32,000 nt of DNA, taken from contig NZ_CP074694.1 of assembly GCF_018398935.1 (NCBI RefSeq), forward strand, positions 4,560,001 to 4,592,000, read 5' to 3'. Positions within the stretch are counted from its first letter, which is position 1. Every line of letters begins with the position of its first letter. Of this stretch, positions 7,922 to 15,783 are shown one piece after another. The position numbers and the translations under genes are program-made. The notes below the pieces were generated by a model that was not told where the DNA came from, ran no database searches, and saw nothing but the letters and a program-made list of their open reading frames with translations. This DNA comes from Telmatocola sphagniphila. GTDB taxonomy: Bacteria > Planctomycetota > Planctomycetia > Gemmatales > Gemmataceae.

Positions 7922-10900
7922 TCAAATCATCAATTCTTTGGATCGAGTGTCAGACGATTGGGTCACTTGCGTCCGGTAATCGGAGAGGTGAGGGGAGACT
8001 TCCGGTAGTGAAGTTTCCTCGGAAGGGTTTACTTCCTCCTTTAATAGCTCTTGCTCTCGCTGCATCCGCTCGCGAACCCGTTTAGTCACCGGCTCCTCGG
8101 CAATGATGATTCTCTGTTCTCCGGAACGCTGGGCGGTGGCTTCAATCGTGTTTATCGATTTCAGATCTTTAATCCGTTCGGCAATTTCAGAAGTCGATAC
8201 CCGCTCTTCTCCTTCAGCGGGAGGAGTCGTGATCGAAAGCCCCAGCTTCAATTGATCCCGGAGGTTGGTCAGTTCCGCCAAATAATCCTCATGGGCAAAT
8301 TCTTGACCCAGACGACTCTGGTAGTCGTGTAACTGACTCTGGGCCAGTTCCAGATCGTCCCGTTCTTTCTGGCACCTTTCGTCGTAGGTAGTGGCCAATC
8401 GTTCCAAAGCATTCAGCACCGCACGCGGACCGCGATGCTCGCGGCTGAGTGTTGCCGTCCGTTTACTGGCTCCCTCGAGATAGACTTCCGGGGGATAATC
8501 CGCATGTAGTATCATCCCAAAATTCAATCCCTTATATCGTCCCAGGGCTACTCGAGTGGATTGACTGACTCGCTCCGGGAGATTCTCTAGTCGCTGGCCG
8601 AGTACCGCTTGGGCATCGCGAGGAGGTACCGGACGATTCCCGACGAAGAGAGAATTCGGATGGTCCTGGATCGTGTTCCGGTCGGCCTCGAAGGCGGCGA
8701 GGCGTCTTTGATAATCGGCAATATGATCAGGTAAGTTGCGGATATGCTTTCTCGCCAGATACTGCTCGTCGGCGTGGTTCTTTTTCAAGACCGATAGCCG
8801 TTGCAATTCGGCATCGGCTTCAGCGAGGGTTAACACCGCCGGATTGCCCGAAGCAATCGCTTTGACTTCGGCGTAGGAGAGTTCCTGACCGCCGATATCC
8901 TCGGCCTTACGCAGTCCGCAATTGCCCGAGATGACTTGGGCAATAAAGCGAGCCTTCGTCTCTAAGGCCTGCCACATATAAGAATCGAACGAGCCTTGCG
9001 TGACGTAGCGATAGATCGAAACTTCTTCACTTTCATTGCCTTGCCGGAGAATCCGGCCTTCTCGTTGTTCGACTTCGGCGGGTTTCCAGGGGGCATCGAG
9101 ATGATGCAAGGCCACCAGTCGCTTTTGGACGTTGGTTCCGGTGCCCATTTTCATGGTGCTGCCCAGTAACACCCGCACCGAACCCTGACGGACCTTCTCG
9201 AACAAGGCCTGCTTCTTGGCGTCCGAATCGGCTTCGCCGACGGCGGCGATCTGCTCGGCGGGGATTCCCTGCCGAATTAACTTCTGAATGATATCCTCGT
9301 AGGCGGAATAGCCCCAGGGAGTCGGATTCACTCCCATATCGCAAAAAATCATCTGCGTGCCGCGAGTGACTTCGCTCTTTCGCCAGATACGGACAACATT
9401 TTCGACCAGGGCGTTTACCTTCGATCCTGGATCGTCCTCGGCCTGGGCGTCGAGCATGCGAGCATCGAGGGCCAGTTTTCGGCCATCGGTGGTGATGGCT
9501 AAGGCGTTATCCTTGCGAGGATCGACCTTCTGGCTGCGGATCTGCTCGTAGCGTTGCACCAATTCCTGCTGCAGCCGGGACTGGGCTTCCGACATCGGGC
9601 AGGCGACGATGGTCGCCTTGCCTCCTTCGAGCTTGGGACGAGGGAGGTTCAACATTTCGGCGGTCTGCACATCGGCAAACGCTCGGAACATCTGTTGCAG
9701 TTCCGGAAGGTTAGTGAACTTGGCAAAGCGGCTACGAGGCTTTAAGGATTGACCATCGGGGGATATCTCCATGGTATCCACCACTTCGCCGAAGGTGGCA
9801 GCCCAGGCATCGAAGTGTTCGATGCCTCGGTCGCTCAATCCTTTCGGATCGAGGAAGCGCTGCATCGTGTACATTTCCATCATCGAGTTGCTGACCGGCG
9901 TGCCGGTCGCGAACTCGACCCCATGACCGGGATGTTGCTCATTCAAGTAGCGGCATTTCATGAAGAGATCGAAGGCTCGCTCCGATCCGCCGGTCTGGAT
10001 TCCAGCGACCCTATCCATCTTGGTCGGGGTTTCCAGGTTTTTAAAGAAGTGGGCCTCGTCGATGAAGATTTGATCGACTCCCAGTTCATCGAATACCAGC
10101 CCATCATCCTTTTTATCTTCGGCCAATAGGTCTTTGAGCTTGGCTTCGCGGGACGCTTTCTGCTTCTCGATGGTCTTAATCAGATTGCGGTGCGGTTTGT
10201 CCTGGGAACGGGAGCGATCACGCAAGAGCTCGTCGTACTCGGCGATTTGCTCTCTTAGGAACTTCTCTTGATAATCCTTGGACATGCCGATCCGCTCGAA
10301 GGAAGAATGAGTGACGATAATGCCGTCCCAGTCCCCGCTGGCGATCTTGGCCGTTAAGAACTTCCGCTTGTCCCGGCTCAAGTCCTCCTTGGTAGCCACC
10401 AGTAGATGGGCATTGGGGTATAACTGCATGAATTCCCGGGCGAATTGCTCGAGCATGTGGTTGGGAACCACATACATCGGCTTTTTCACCAACCCGGTCT
10501 GTTTCATCTTCATACCGGTAGCGGCCATGGTGAAGGTCTTGCCCGCTCCGACGACATGAGCCAGCAAGGTGTTGCCACTGCTCATACCCCGCCAGATGGC
10601 ATCCTTCTGGTGCGGACGAAGCTGAACGGTAGTATTCATCCCTGGAAAATCCAGATGACCGCCGTCGAATAACCTCGGCCGCAAATTGTTGTAAGTGTCG
10701 TTGTAAGTGCGAACTAAACGCTCGGTCCGTTCCGGATCCTGGAAGATCCACGACCGGAATTTTTCTTTGATGATTTTCTGTTTTTCTTTGGCGGCTAAAG
10801 TAGCATCGGGATTGATGACTTTTTCATCCTTATCCGATCCCGGCACGGTGTCGTAGATCACCGGCGACTTCAAATTGAGAGCCAGTTCGAACAGCCAAGT

Positions 10901-13597
10901 GCCATTCGCCCGGTCGGTGCCGTAATCGGCCGTGGCGGCCACGGAACGCTCGGTATGGTAATCGGCTTCAAAGCTCCACAAGGCATCTTTCTTTAAGTGA
11001 GCGACTTTGACGGAGTCGGCATCGACTCGGAAGAGCTCGCTGGCGAACGCCTGGATATCGGACTCCGGAATCCAGGGGGCTCCCAGATTAGCATCGATAT
11101 CGCCGGGCAGAACATCGGGCGGTTGGACGACGCGTAATGCCTCGGCATTCCGCGAGAATTTTTCGCCCGCTCGCTCGGCTAACGCGAGCTTCGCCCGCAC
11201 ATTACCCGAAAGGTATTCATCCGCCGTTTCCCAGTGTTGCGATTCGGGATTGAGGTAAATCAGTTCCCCCAGTTCGCCGATAATCTTCTCTTCGGGTTGT
11301 CCGTAAAGTTCGGCGATATAACCCAAATCAATGCCGCCCTTGCGGTCGAGCGACACCAATAGCCCTTCCTCGGCACTGCGGACCTGCAGAATCTCCGGCG
11401 TTTTGCCAACGACATCTTTTAGGAGGATGGCAGCTTTGGTCGCTTTACCCGTGACTTCGTCGTACTCTTCGAGCGACATCACCAACATCGCATCGGGGTC
11501 TTCCCGAAACTTCGCGAGATTGGGCATGCGGCGGATCACCGTGCCATCGGCGGTTTCGCCGAAAGTGGTTTTGTTGATCGGACCGTATTGCGACACGAAA
11601 TAGTCATAAGTCTGATTCAGCTTTCTTCGGGCCTGCTCGCGATGCTCCTCCGGCCAGCCCTCATTCTGCGATTGCAACACGCGACGGGCTTCGTCGCGAA
11701 GTTGAATCAACGCGGCTAAGCGTTTGCCCATCAAGCCGCCGGTGGCGGTCAGTACCGTGCTTCCGTGTTGGGCGGGCACGGCCCGACCGCCGATCAGCTG
11801 ACAGATGGCTTTCTGATCGCTCAAGAAAAAACTGCCCTCGGTGATATGCCGCTCCAGAGGAGGCGGAGTGAAGCAAGTTGTAGTATCTCGTTGGGATTCC
11901 GTCGCATCTTGCAGCGTCTCGAACCGGGGCAGGCGGGCAATCGCCTCGCGAAGTTGCGAGGATAAGTCGCCGTTGGATAACACGCTATAACCGGTCTCAC
12001 CGCCATAGAGACTGTCCTTGCTCGTCCAGGTGCCCAGCACCATCTCCGGATGGCTGTGAAAATACTCATTGATCGGAATGGCTTTTCCCTCGATATCGAG
12101 CGGTTCGGACTTCAGCCAGTTGGTCTCCGTGTGATGGGCTGCTTCGTCGGGGGCTCGCTTGCGAAGGAAAACTATATCGGTAACGACAGCAGTGCCTTCG
12201 CGTTTGAAGGCGTCACAGGGAAGGCGGATCGCTCCGATAAAATCGGCTCGCTCCGCGAGATATTCTCGGATCGAGGCATTTTGCTTATCGAGTGTGTAGT
12301 GCGAAGTGACCAGGGCCAGTACTCCGCCGGGCTTTAAGGCATCGACCGATTTGGCAAAGAAGTAATCGTGCAGAGAAAATCGCTGCCCTTTATGATCCAG
12401 CTTGACGTCGGCAAACGGCACGTTGCCGATCACGGCATCGAGCCTGCCATCGGGAAGTTTAGTGTCCCGAAAATTCTCGATGCGGATGTCCTGGTCTGGA
12501 TGCAACGCTTTTGCGATGCGGCCGGAAGTGCGGTCGAGTTCCACTCCGATAAAATGCTGCTTCGGCTTGGCGTAGCTTAAAAAATTCCCGGTGCCGCAGC
12601 CGGGCTCTAAAACCGTGGCTTGTTCCGGGATACCCAGGCGATCTAAGGCTTGGTGCATCGCCGTCATAACAACGGGTGCGGTATAGAAGGCGTTGAAAGT
12701 AGTTCGTTTGGCGGATTCGTAATCTTCGGGGGAGAGTAGGCTTTTCAATTCTTCGCCAAGACTCTGCCACGAAGCGTCTTTGTAAGTGCCTTTAATGGGA
12801 TCGGGAAACAGCGATAACGCCACGGCTCCGAAACCACCGAAGCGGGCCAAAGCTTGCCGTTCTTCCTCGGTGGCCAGACGATTTTCAGCATCGAGCCGGT
12901 TTAAGACGCGGATAGCCGCGAGAATATCGCGGGCCTTCGCTTTTTCACCGGAGGACGTTGAGACGCTCAGAGGGGATGAGTCTGTGGGGACGGTGACTTG
13001 CGAAATGGGTGCTTCGACTTGCTCGATAGGTTGATCGAACAAGGAATTTTGCCGGGGGCGGGGCTTTAATCCGAATCGCTGGGTTAAGTGATGAGAGTCG
13101 GAGGTACTGGCGAATCGCTCGGCATAGCTGGGGGTAAGAATTCCTCCTCCCACTGTTGGAGTGCTACCTCCAATGCGGCTTGGCTTTGAGTGAGGGAATC
13201 CATTGGAAGATCGTTCGGAAAGCTCGCTAGAGCTTCGAGATGAAGCTCCCGAAGTCGACTCGCTTGCCGGTTGACGGTCGACAGGAGAGTCTTCGAAGAG
13301 CGAAGAGGCTCGAAGAGGTTGGATCGGCTTTGAATCCAATCGAGAACGATGGTCTTGTACTGCATTAGGAGCCTCGGTTGGGTCGATCACCGACGTCGTT
13401 GTCTCCGCGAATTCTTCAAAATCGGTGGCAAAGCCGGGGAGTTGAGGAGTCCGTGAAGGGGGCTTCGAGGGCATCAAAAGTAATGAATATTGGAAAGGGG
13501 TAGCAGAGTTATAAATCGATTCCGCGTTCGGAGCAATCGCTTTTTGATGACTGTGAGAATTGGGTAGCAAACAGATCTGAGACATGGGCTTCTCCAT
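7922..13597 (-). CDS. Giant N6-adenine DNA methyltransferase / SNF2-type helicase fusion protein (plasmid and phage DarB-like architecture)
   Basis: 1891-aa ORF.
- Methylase motifs: VLEPGCGTGNFL (motif I) and DAVIGNVPFADVKL (NPPF-like motif IV).
- Helicase motifs: AHVVGAGKTF (motif I), IFIDEAHFFKN (DEAH), ATGTPVSNSMMEMY (SNF2-like motif III), LLGSTMKMGTGTNVQ (motif V), QREGRILRQGN (motif VI).
- The first ~215 aa are S/P-rich and look disordered. Confidence 0.9.
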   Translation of the reverse strand: MEKPMSQICLLPNSHSHQKAIAPNAESIYNSATPFQYSLLLMPSKPPSRTPQLPGFATDFEEFAETTTSVIDPTEAPNAVQDHRSRLDSKPIQPLRASSLFEDSPVDRQPASESTSGASSRSSSELSERSSNGFPHSKPSRIGGSTPTVGGGILTPSYAERFASTSDSHHLTQRFGLKPRPRQNSLFDQPIEQVEAPISQVTVPTDSSPLSVSTSSGEKAKARDILAAIRVLNRLDAENRLATEEERQALARFGGFGAVALSLFPDPIKGTYKDASWQSLGEELKSLLSPEDYESAKRTTFNAFYTAPVVMTAMHQALDRLGIPEQATVLEPGCGTGNFLSYAKPKQHFIGVELDRTSGRIAKALHPDQDIRIENFRDTKLPDGRLDAVIGNVPFADVKLDHKGQRFSLHDYFFAKSVDALKPGGVLALVTSHYTLDKQNASIREYLAERADFIGAIRLPCDAFKREGTAVVTDIVFLRKRAPDEAAHHTETNWLKSEPLDIEGKAIPINEYFHSHPEMVLGTWTSKDSLYGGETGYSVLSNGDLSSQLREAIARLPRFETLQDATESQRDTTTCFTPPPLERHITEGSFFLSDQKAICQLIGGRAVPAQHGSTVLTATGGLMGKRLAALIQLRDEARRVLQSQNEGWPEEHREQARRKLNQTYDYFVSQYGPINKTTFGETADGTVIRRMPNLAKFREDPDAMLVMSLEEYDEVTGKATKAAILLKDVVGKTPEILQVRSAEEGLLVSLDRKGGIDLGYIAELYGQPEEKIIGELGELIYLNPESQHWETADEYLSGNVRAKLALAERAGEKFSRNAEALRVVQPPDVLPGDIDANLGAPWIPESDIQAFASELFRVDADSVKVAHLKKDALWSFEADYHTERSVAATADYGTDRANGTWLFELALNLKSPVIYDTVPGSDKDEKVINPDATLAAKEKQKIIKEKFRSWIFQDPERTERLVRTYNDTYNNLRPRLFDGGHLDFPGMNTTVQLRPHQKDAIWRGMSSGNTLLAHVVGAGKTFTMAATGMKMKQTGLVKKPMYVVPNHMLEQFAREFMQLYPNAHLLVATKEDLSRDKRKFLTAKIASGDWDGIIVTHSSFERIGMSKDYQEKFLREQIAEYDELLRDRSRSQDKPHRNLIKTIEKQKASREAKLKDLLAEDKKDDGLVFDELGVDQIFIDEAHFFKNLETPTKMDRVAGIQTGGSERAFDLFMKCRYLNEQHPGHGVEFATGTPVSNSMMEMYTMQRFLDPKGLSDRGIEHFDAWAATFGEVVDTMEISPDGQSLKPRSRFAKFTNLPELQQMFRAFADVQTAEMLNLPRPKLEGGKATIVACPMSEAQSRLQQELVQRYEQIRSQKVDPRKDNALAITTDGRKLALDARMLDAQAEDDPGSKVNALVENVVRIWRKSEVTRGTQMIFCDMGVNPTPWGYSAYEDIIQKLIRQGIPAEQIAAVGEADSDAKKQALFEKVRQGSVRVLLGSTMKMGTGTNVQKRLVALHHLDAPWKPAEVEQREGRILRQGNESEEVSIYRYVTQGSFDSYMWQALETKARFIAQVISGNCGLRKAEDIGGQELSYAEVKAIASGNPAVLTLAEADAELQRLSVLKKNHADEQYLARKHIRNLPDHIADYQRRLAAFEADRNTIQDHPNSLFVGNRPVPPRDAQAVLGQRLENLPERVSQSTRVALGRYKGLNFGMILHADYPPEVYLEGASKRTATLSREHRGPRAVLNALERLATTYDERCQKERDDLELAQSQLHDYQSRLGQEFAHEDYLAELTNLRDQLKLGLSITTPPAEGEERVSTSEIAERIKDLKSINTIEATAQRSGEQRIIIAEEPVTKRVRERMQREQELLKEEVNPSEETSLPEVSPHLSDYRTQVTQSSDTRSKELMI

Positions 13598-13628
13598 CGA
13601 GTGAGAAATAAAAGATTCAAAAGGAGTA

Positions 13629-13653
13629 GGCGGTGGAGAGATCCTCCACCGCC
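13629..13653 (-). terminator. Candidate intrinsic terminator/attenuator hairpin between the small ORF and the methylase-helicase gene
   Basis: GGCGGTGGAG-agatc-CTCCACCGCC forms a perfect 10-bp stem. It sits 9 nt downstream of the small gene's stop on the minus strand and is followed there by tactccttttgaatcttttatttc (T-rich). Confidence 0.45.
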
Positions 13654-13661
13654 CCGCTGGC

Positions 13662-13925
13662 TTAAGCGACGACCTGCTTCGATTCTTTGCGGGCTTTAGC
13701 GTCAGCTGCTTGCTGGTGCATGATCCAGGTATGGGCGAGGTCGAATAATTTCGCCATAGTCAGTAGATCGTCGAACCCGAGGCTATCGGTCTCCTTCCAG
13801 GTTTCTTCCTGTCGATAACCTCGGCTGGGAATCACACTGTACCAATTGCCTTTATCGCTGTGATTTCTCCAGATGGTGACTTGCAATACTCCGATACGGA
13901 TTTTGTGGGCGGGTTGTGTAGACAT
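13662..13925 (-). CDS. Small hypothetical protein (87 aa)
   Basis: The track ORF extends to 14108. The internal ATG at 13925 (MSTQPAHKIRIGVLQVTIWRNHSDKGNWYSV...) is preceded by a strong AAGGAGA Shine-Dalgarno sequence. The upstream extension covers a large palindrome and looks non-coding. No family is recognised with confidence. Confidence 0.55.
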   Translation of the reverse strand: MSTQPAHKIRIGVLQVTIWRNHSDKGNWYSVIPSRGYRQEETWKETDSLGFDDLLTMAKLFDLAHTWIMHQQAADAKARKESKQVVA

Positions 13926-14012
13926 AGTGTTCTCCTTCTCATTTGTTAGAGGCCGCTTCATTGCGGCCTGACGGACCGCGTCCAACACCGCTTGAGCCGT
14001 TGCGTAGCGCAT

Positions 14013-14068
14013 CGGGCAAGCACAAAATTGGGGGAGACCTCTGGGGGAACCGATTTTGTGCTTGCCCG
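14013..14068. promoter_or_regulatory. Perfect 16-bp inverted repeat with 24-nt spacer (operator or RNA-structure candidate)
   Basis: CGGGCAAGCACAAAAT - tgggggagacctctgggggaaccg - ATTTTGTGCTTGCCCG. The spacer carries a direct TGGGGGA repeat. A second 7-bp hairpin (AGGCCGC-ttcatt-GCGGCCT) lies at 13950..13969, just upstream of the small gene's RBS. Confidence 0.6.
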
Positions 14069-14677
14069 AAACGGCGGCGGTGTTAGCGGTTGTTCGTCCA
14101 GGCTGCATGAAATTGCGGTCGTCTTATAAGTGAGAAGGAGTTCCACGTGCTCGAACTCCCTGCCCGGGATCCAGAAGAGATGTGTCCCCTGGAGCAACCG
14201 CTAGAAGGCTCGTTTCAGTTGATCCGCTTAGAACGGCCCCAAGAAACAAGTATCCGAGAAGCCTTGCGAGAAATTACAATCGATAAGGGGTCTTATTCGG
14301 CCTGCACCTGGGCTCAATGCTTCCCAGCCACAGCCGCAAAAAGAAGAGAGATCAGCAGGTGCATTCCGCTGAATGGGGGTAGCGCGAGATCGCTCGAACT
14401 GGGCTTTTTCTATTCTTAAATGGAGTCTTCCGGGTTTGAATGCAACAGCATTCACCCGGAACAAAAGAGCGGTATTTCCAAAAGAGGGAGCGTTGGTCAA
14501 GGACGATGGCGAGGAGGGTCTCCCTGGCTGCACAAGCGAGGCTCTACGAGCGCGGAAGCTAGGGAGGGGCCGCGCCAGCGCCGAAGGAAATCCTTGACCG
14601 ACGCGAGGGGAAATTCCCCAGTTTTACTGCACACGAGTGTTAATCAAATATTAATCGAAGGCTGGCAAAATCCCGAA

Positions 14678-15484
14678 ATGCAGCATGTCTCCAAAAACCA
14701 AAGTGGCTTCACGCTCCTCGAAATGTCGATTGTGGTCATGATCATCGGGCTGCTGGTGGGGGCGATTTTGTTTGGCAGGGATATGATTCATGCGGCGCAA
14801 TTACGCGGCTATACCAGTGCCTTCAATAAATATGAAGCAGCGGGCAATACCTTCAAAACAAAGTACAATTGTCTACCCGGCGATTGCCTCAACGCTACTG
14901 ATTTCTTCGGCAGCACAGTCGTGAATGGTAACGGCAATGGCATCATCGAGCGCACTTATTCCGGGGCCAGCACAACGACATCAAAATATTCCACTTGTAC
15001 AAATTCTGAATTGATTGCCGCCAACTCACATCTTGCATATGCCGGCTTGATCCCGCTTGCTCCGTTCAATCCCACAACGTTGGCGAATTGCGTGCCGAAT
15101 GTCGGCTGGATTGATCCAGTGAATCTTTATTCCGGTGCTGGTGGCTGGACATCGGGTAACGCCATCTGGATTACAAACACCAGTTTGGGGATGACAGTCA
15201 CTTTCGCAGGTAATGGATTGTCGATAGCATCTTACCTGACTCCCTACGAACTTTGGTATATCGACAATAAAGTTGATGATGGCATGCCACAAACAGGACG
15301 CGTTTGGGCGCAAGCATGGCTTGCCAGCGGCGCCAAGAATGATTGGACTTACGCGGTGTGGAATCCTCTAGGTAACGCGGGATGTCAGCTGCAGGACGCC
15401 AATGGAGTCTGGCAATATGCAAGGGTCGATTATCAATTAAACTGGGTAGACAATTGTGCTCTCTACTTCCTGCCGGATTTTTGA
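14678..15484 (+). CDS. Prepilin-type N-terminal cleavage/methylation domain protein (type IV pilin / T2SS pseudopilin-like)
   Basis: The internal ATG at 14678 gives MQHVSKNQSGFTLLEMSIVVMIIGLLVGAILF. This is the classic G/FTLxE prepilin peptidase site followed by a hydrophobic helix. The 86-codon upstream extension in the track ORF is basic and low-complexity and is probably not translated. Confidence 0.75.
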   Translation: MQHVSKNQSGFTLLEMSIVVMIIGLLVGAILFGRDMIHAAQLRGYTSAFNKYEAAGNTFKTKYNCLPGDCLNATDFFGSTVVNGNGNGIIERTYSGASTTTSKYSTCTNSELIAANSHLAYAGLIPLAPFNPTTLANCVPNVGWIDPVNLYSGAGGWTSGNAIWITNTSLGMTVTFAGNGLSIASYLTPYELWYIDNKVDDGMPQTGRVWAQAWLASGAKNDWTYAVWNPLGNAGCQLQDANGVWQYARVDYQLNWVDNCALYFLPDF

Positions 15485-15783
15485 ATCATAAGCCGGTAAT
15501 ACAATTTGCCCTGCCCCTTCAACGCTTCGCAACCCGGACCAGCTTCGCGTTTTCGGGGCGGACCGAACACAACGTGTCCGGAGCTCTAACGAGCAATGTT
15601 TTGCGTAATTTCCCCAAAAATTTGACTGTCGGCATGCATAAGTTGATCCTAATGTGTCTCACATTGGCACAAAATTGAGATCACATTTGACTCCTCGTCA
15701 CAGTCTGAAATCTTGACGGTCAGTATCCCTAAAGCACCGTCAGTCAACCATTTACGTCCTTAAGAATTGGCGTATGATGGTAC

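Noticed and set aside
8051-13365. Many 60-180-aa ORFs on both strands inside the methylase-helicase gene (for example 9749..10129 +, 10218..10751 -, 12050..12337 +)
   Set aside because: All are nested in alternative frames of a 1891-aa ORF with continuous, recognisable methylase and helicase motifs. None shows a motif of its own.
14109-14677. Overlapping ORFs in the small-gene/pilin intergenic region (14147..14419 +, 14228..14533 -, 14373..14597 +) and the 86-codon N-terminal extension of the pilin ORF
   Set aside because: The frames are mutually overlapping, with basic low-complexity translations and no RBS. The prepilin leader defines the real start at 14678. The region is more likely a divergent promoter/leader.
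15490-15520. taatacaatttgccctg, loosely resembling RSF1010/pTi-type nic sequences (TATAATTGCGCCCT)
   Set aside because: That nic type belongs to MOBQ-like relaxases, whereas the relaxase here is MOBF. The similarity is partial and recalled from memory, so it is not reported as a nic site.
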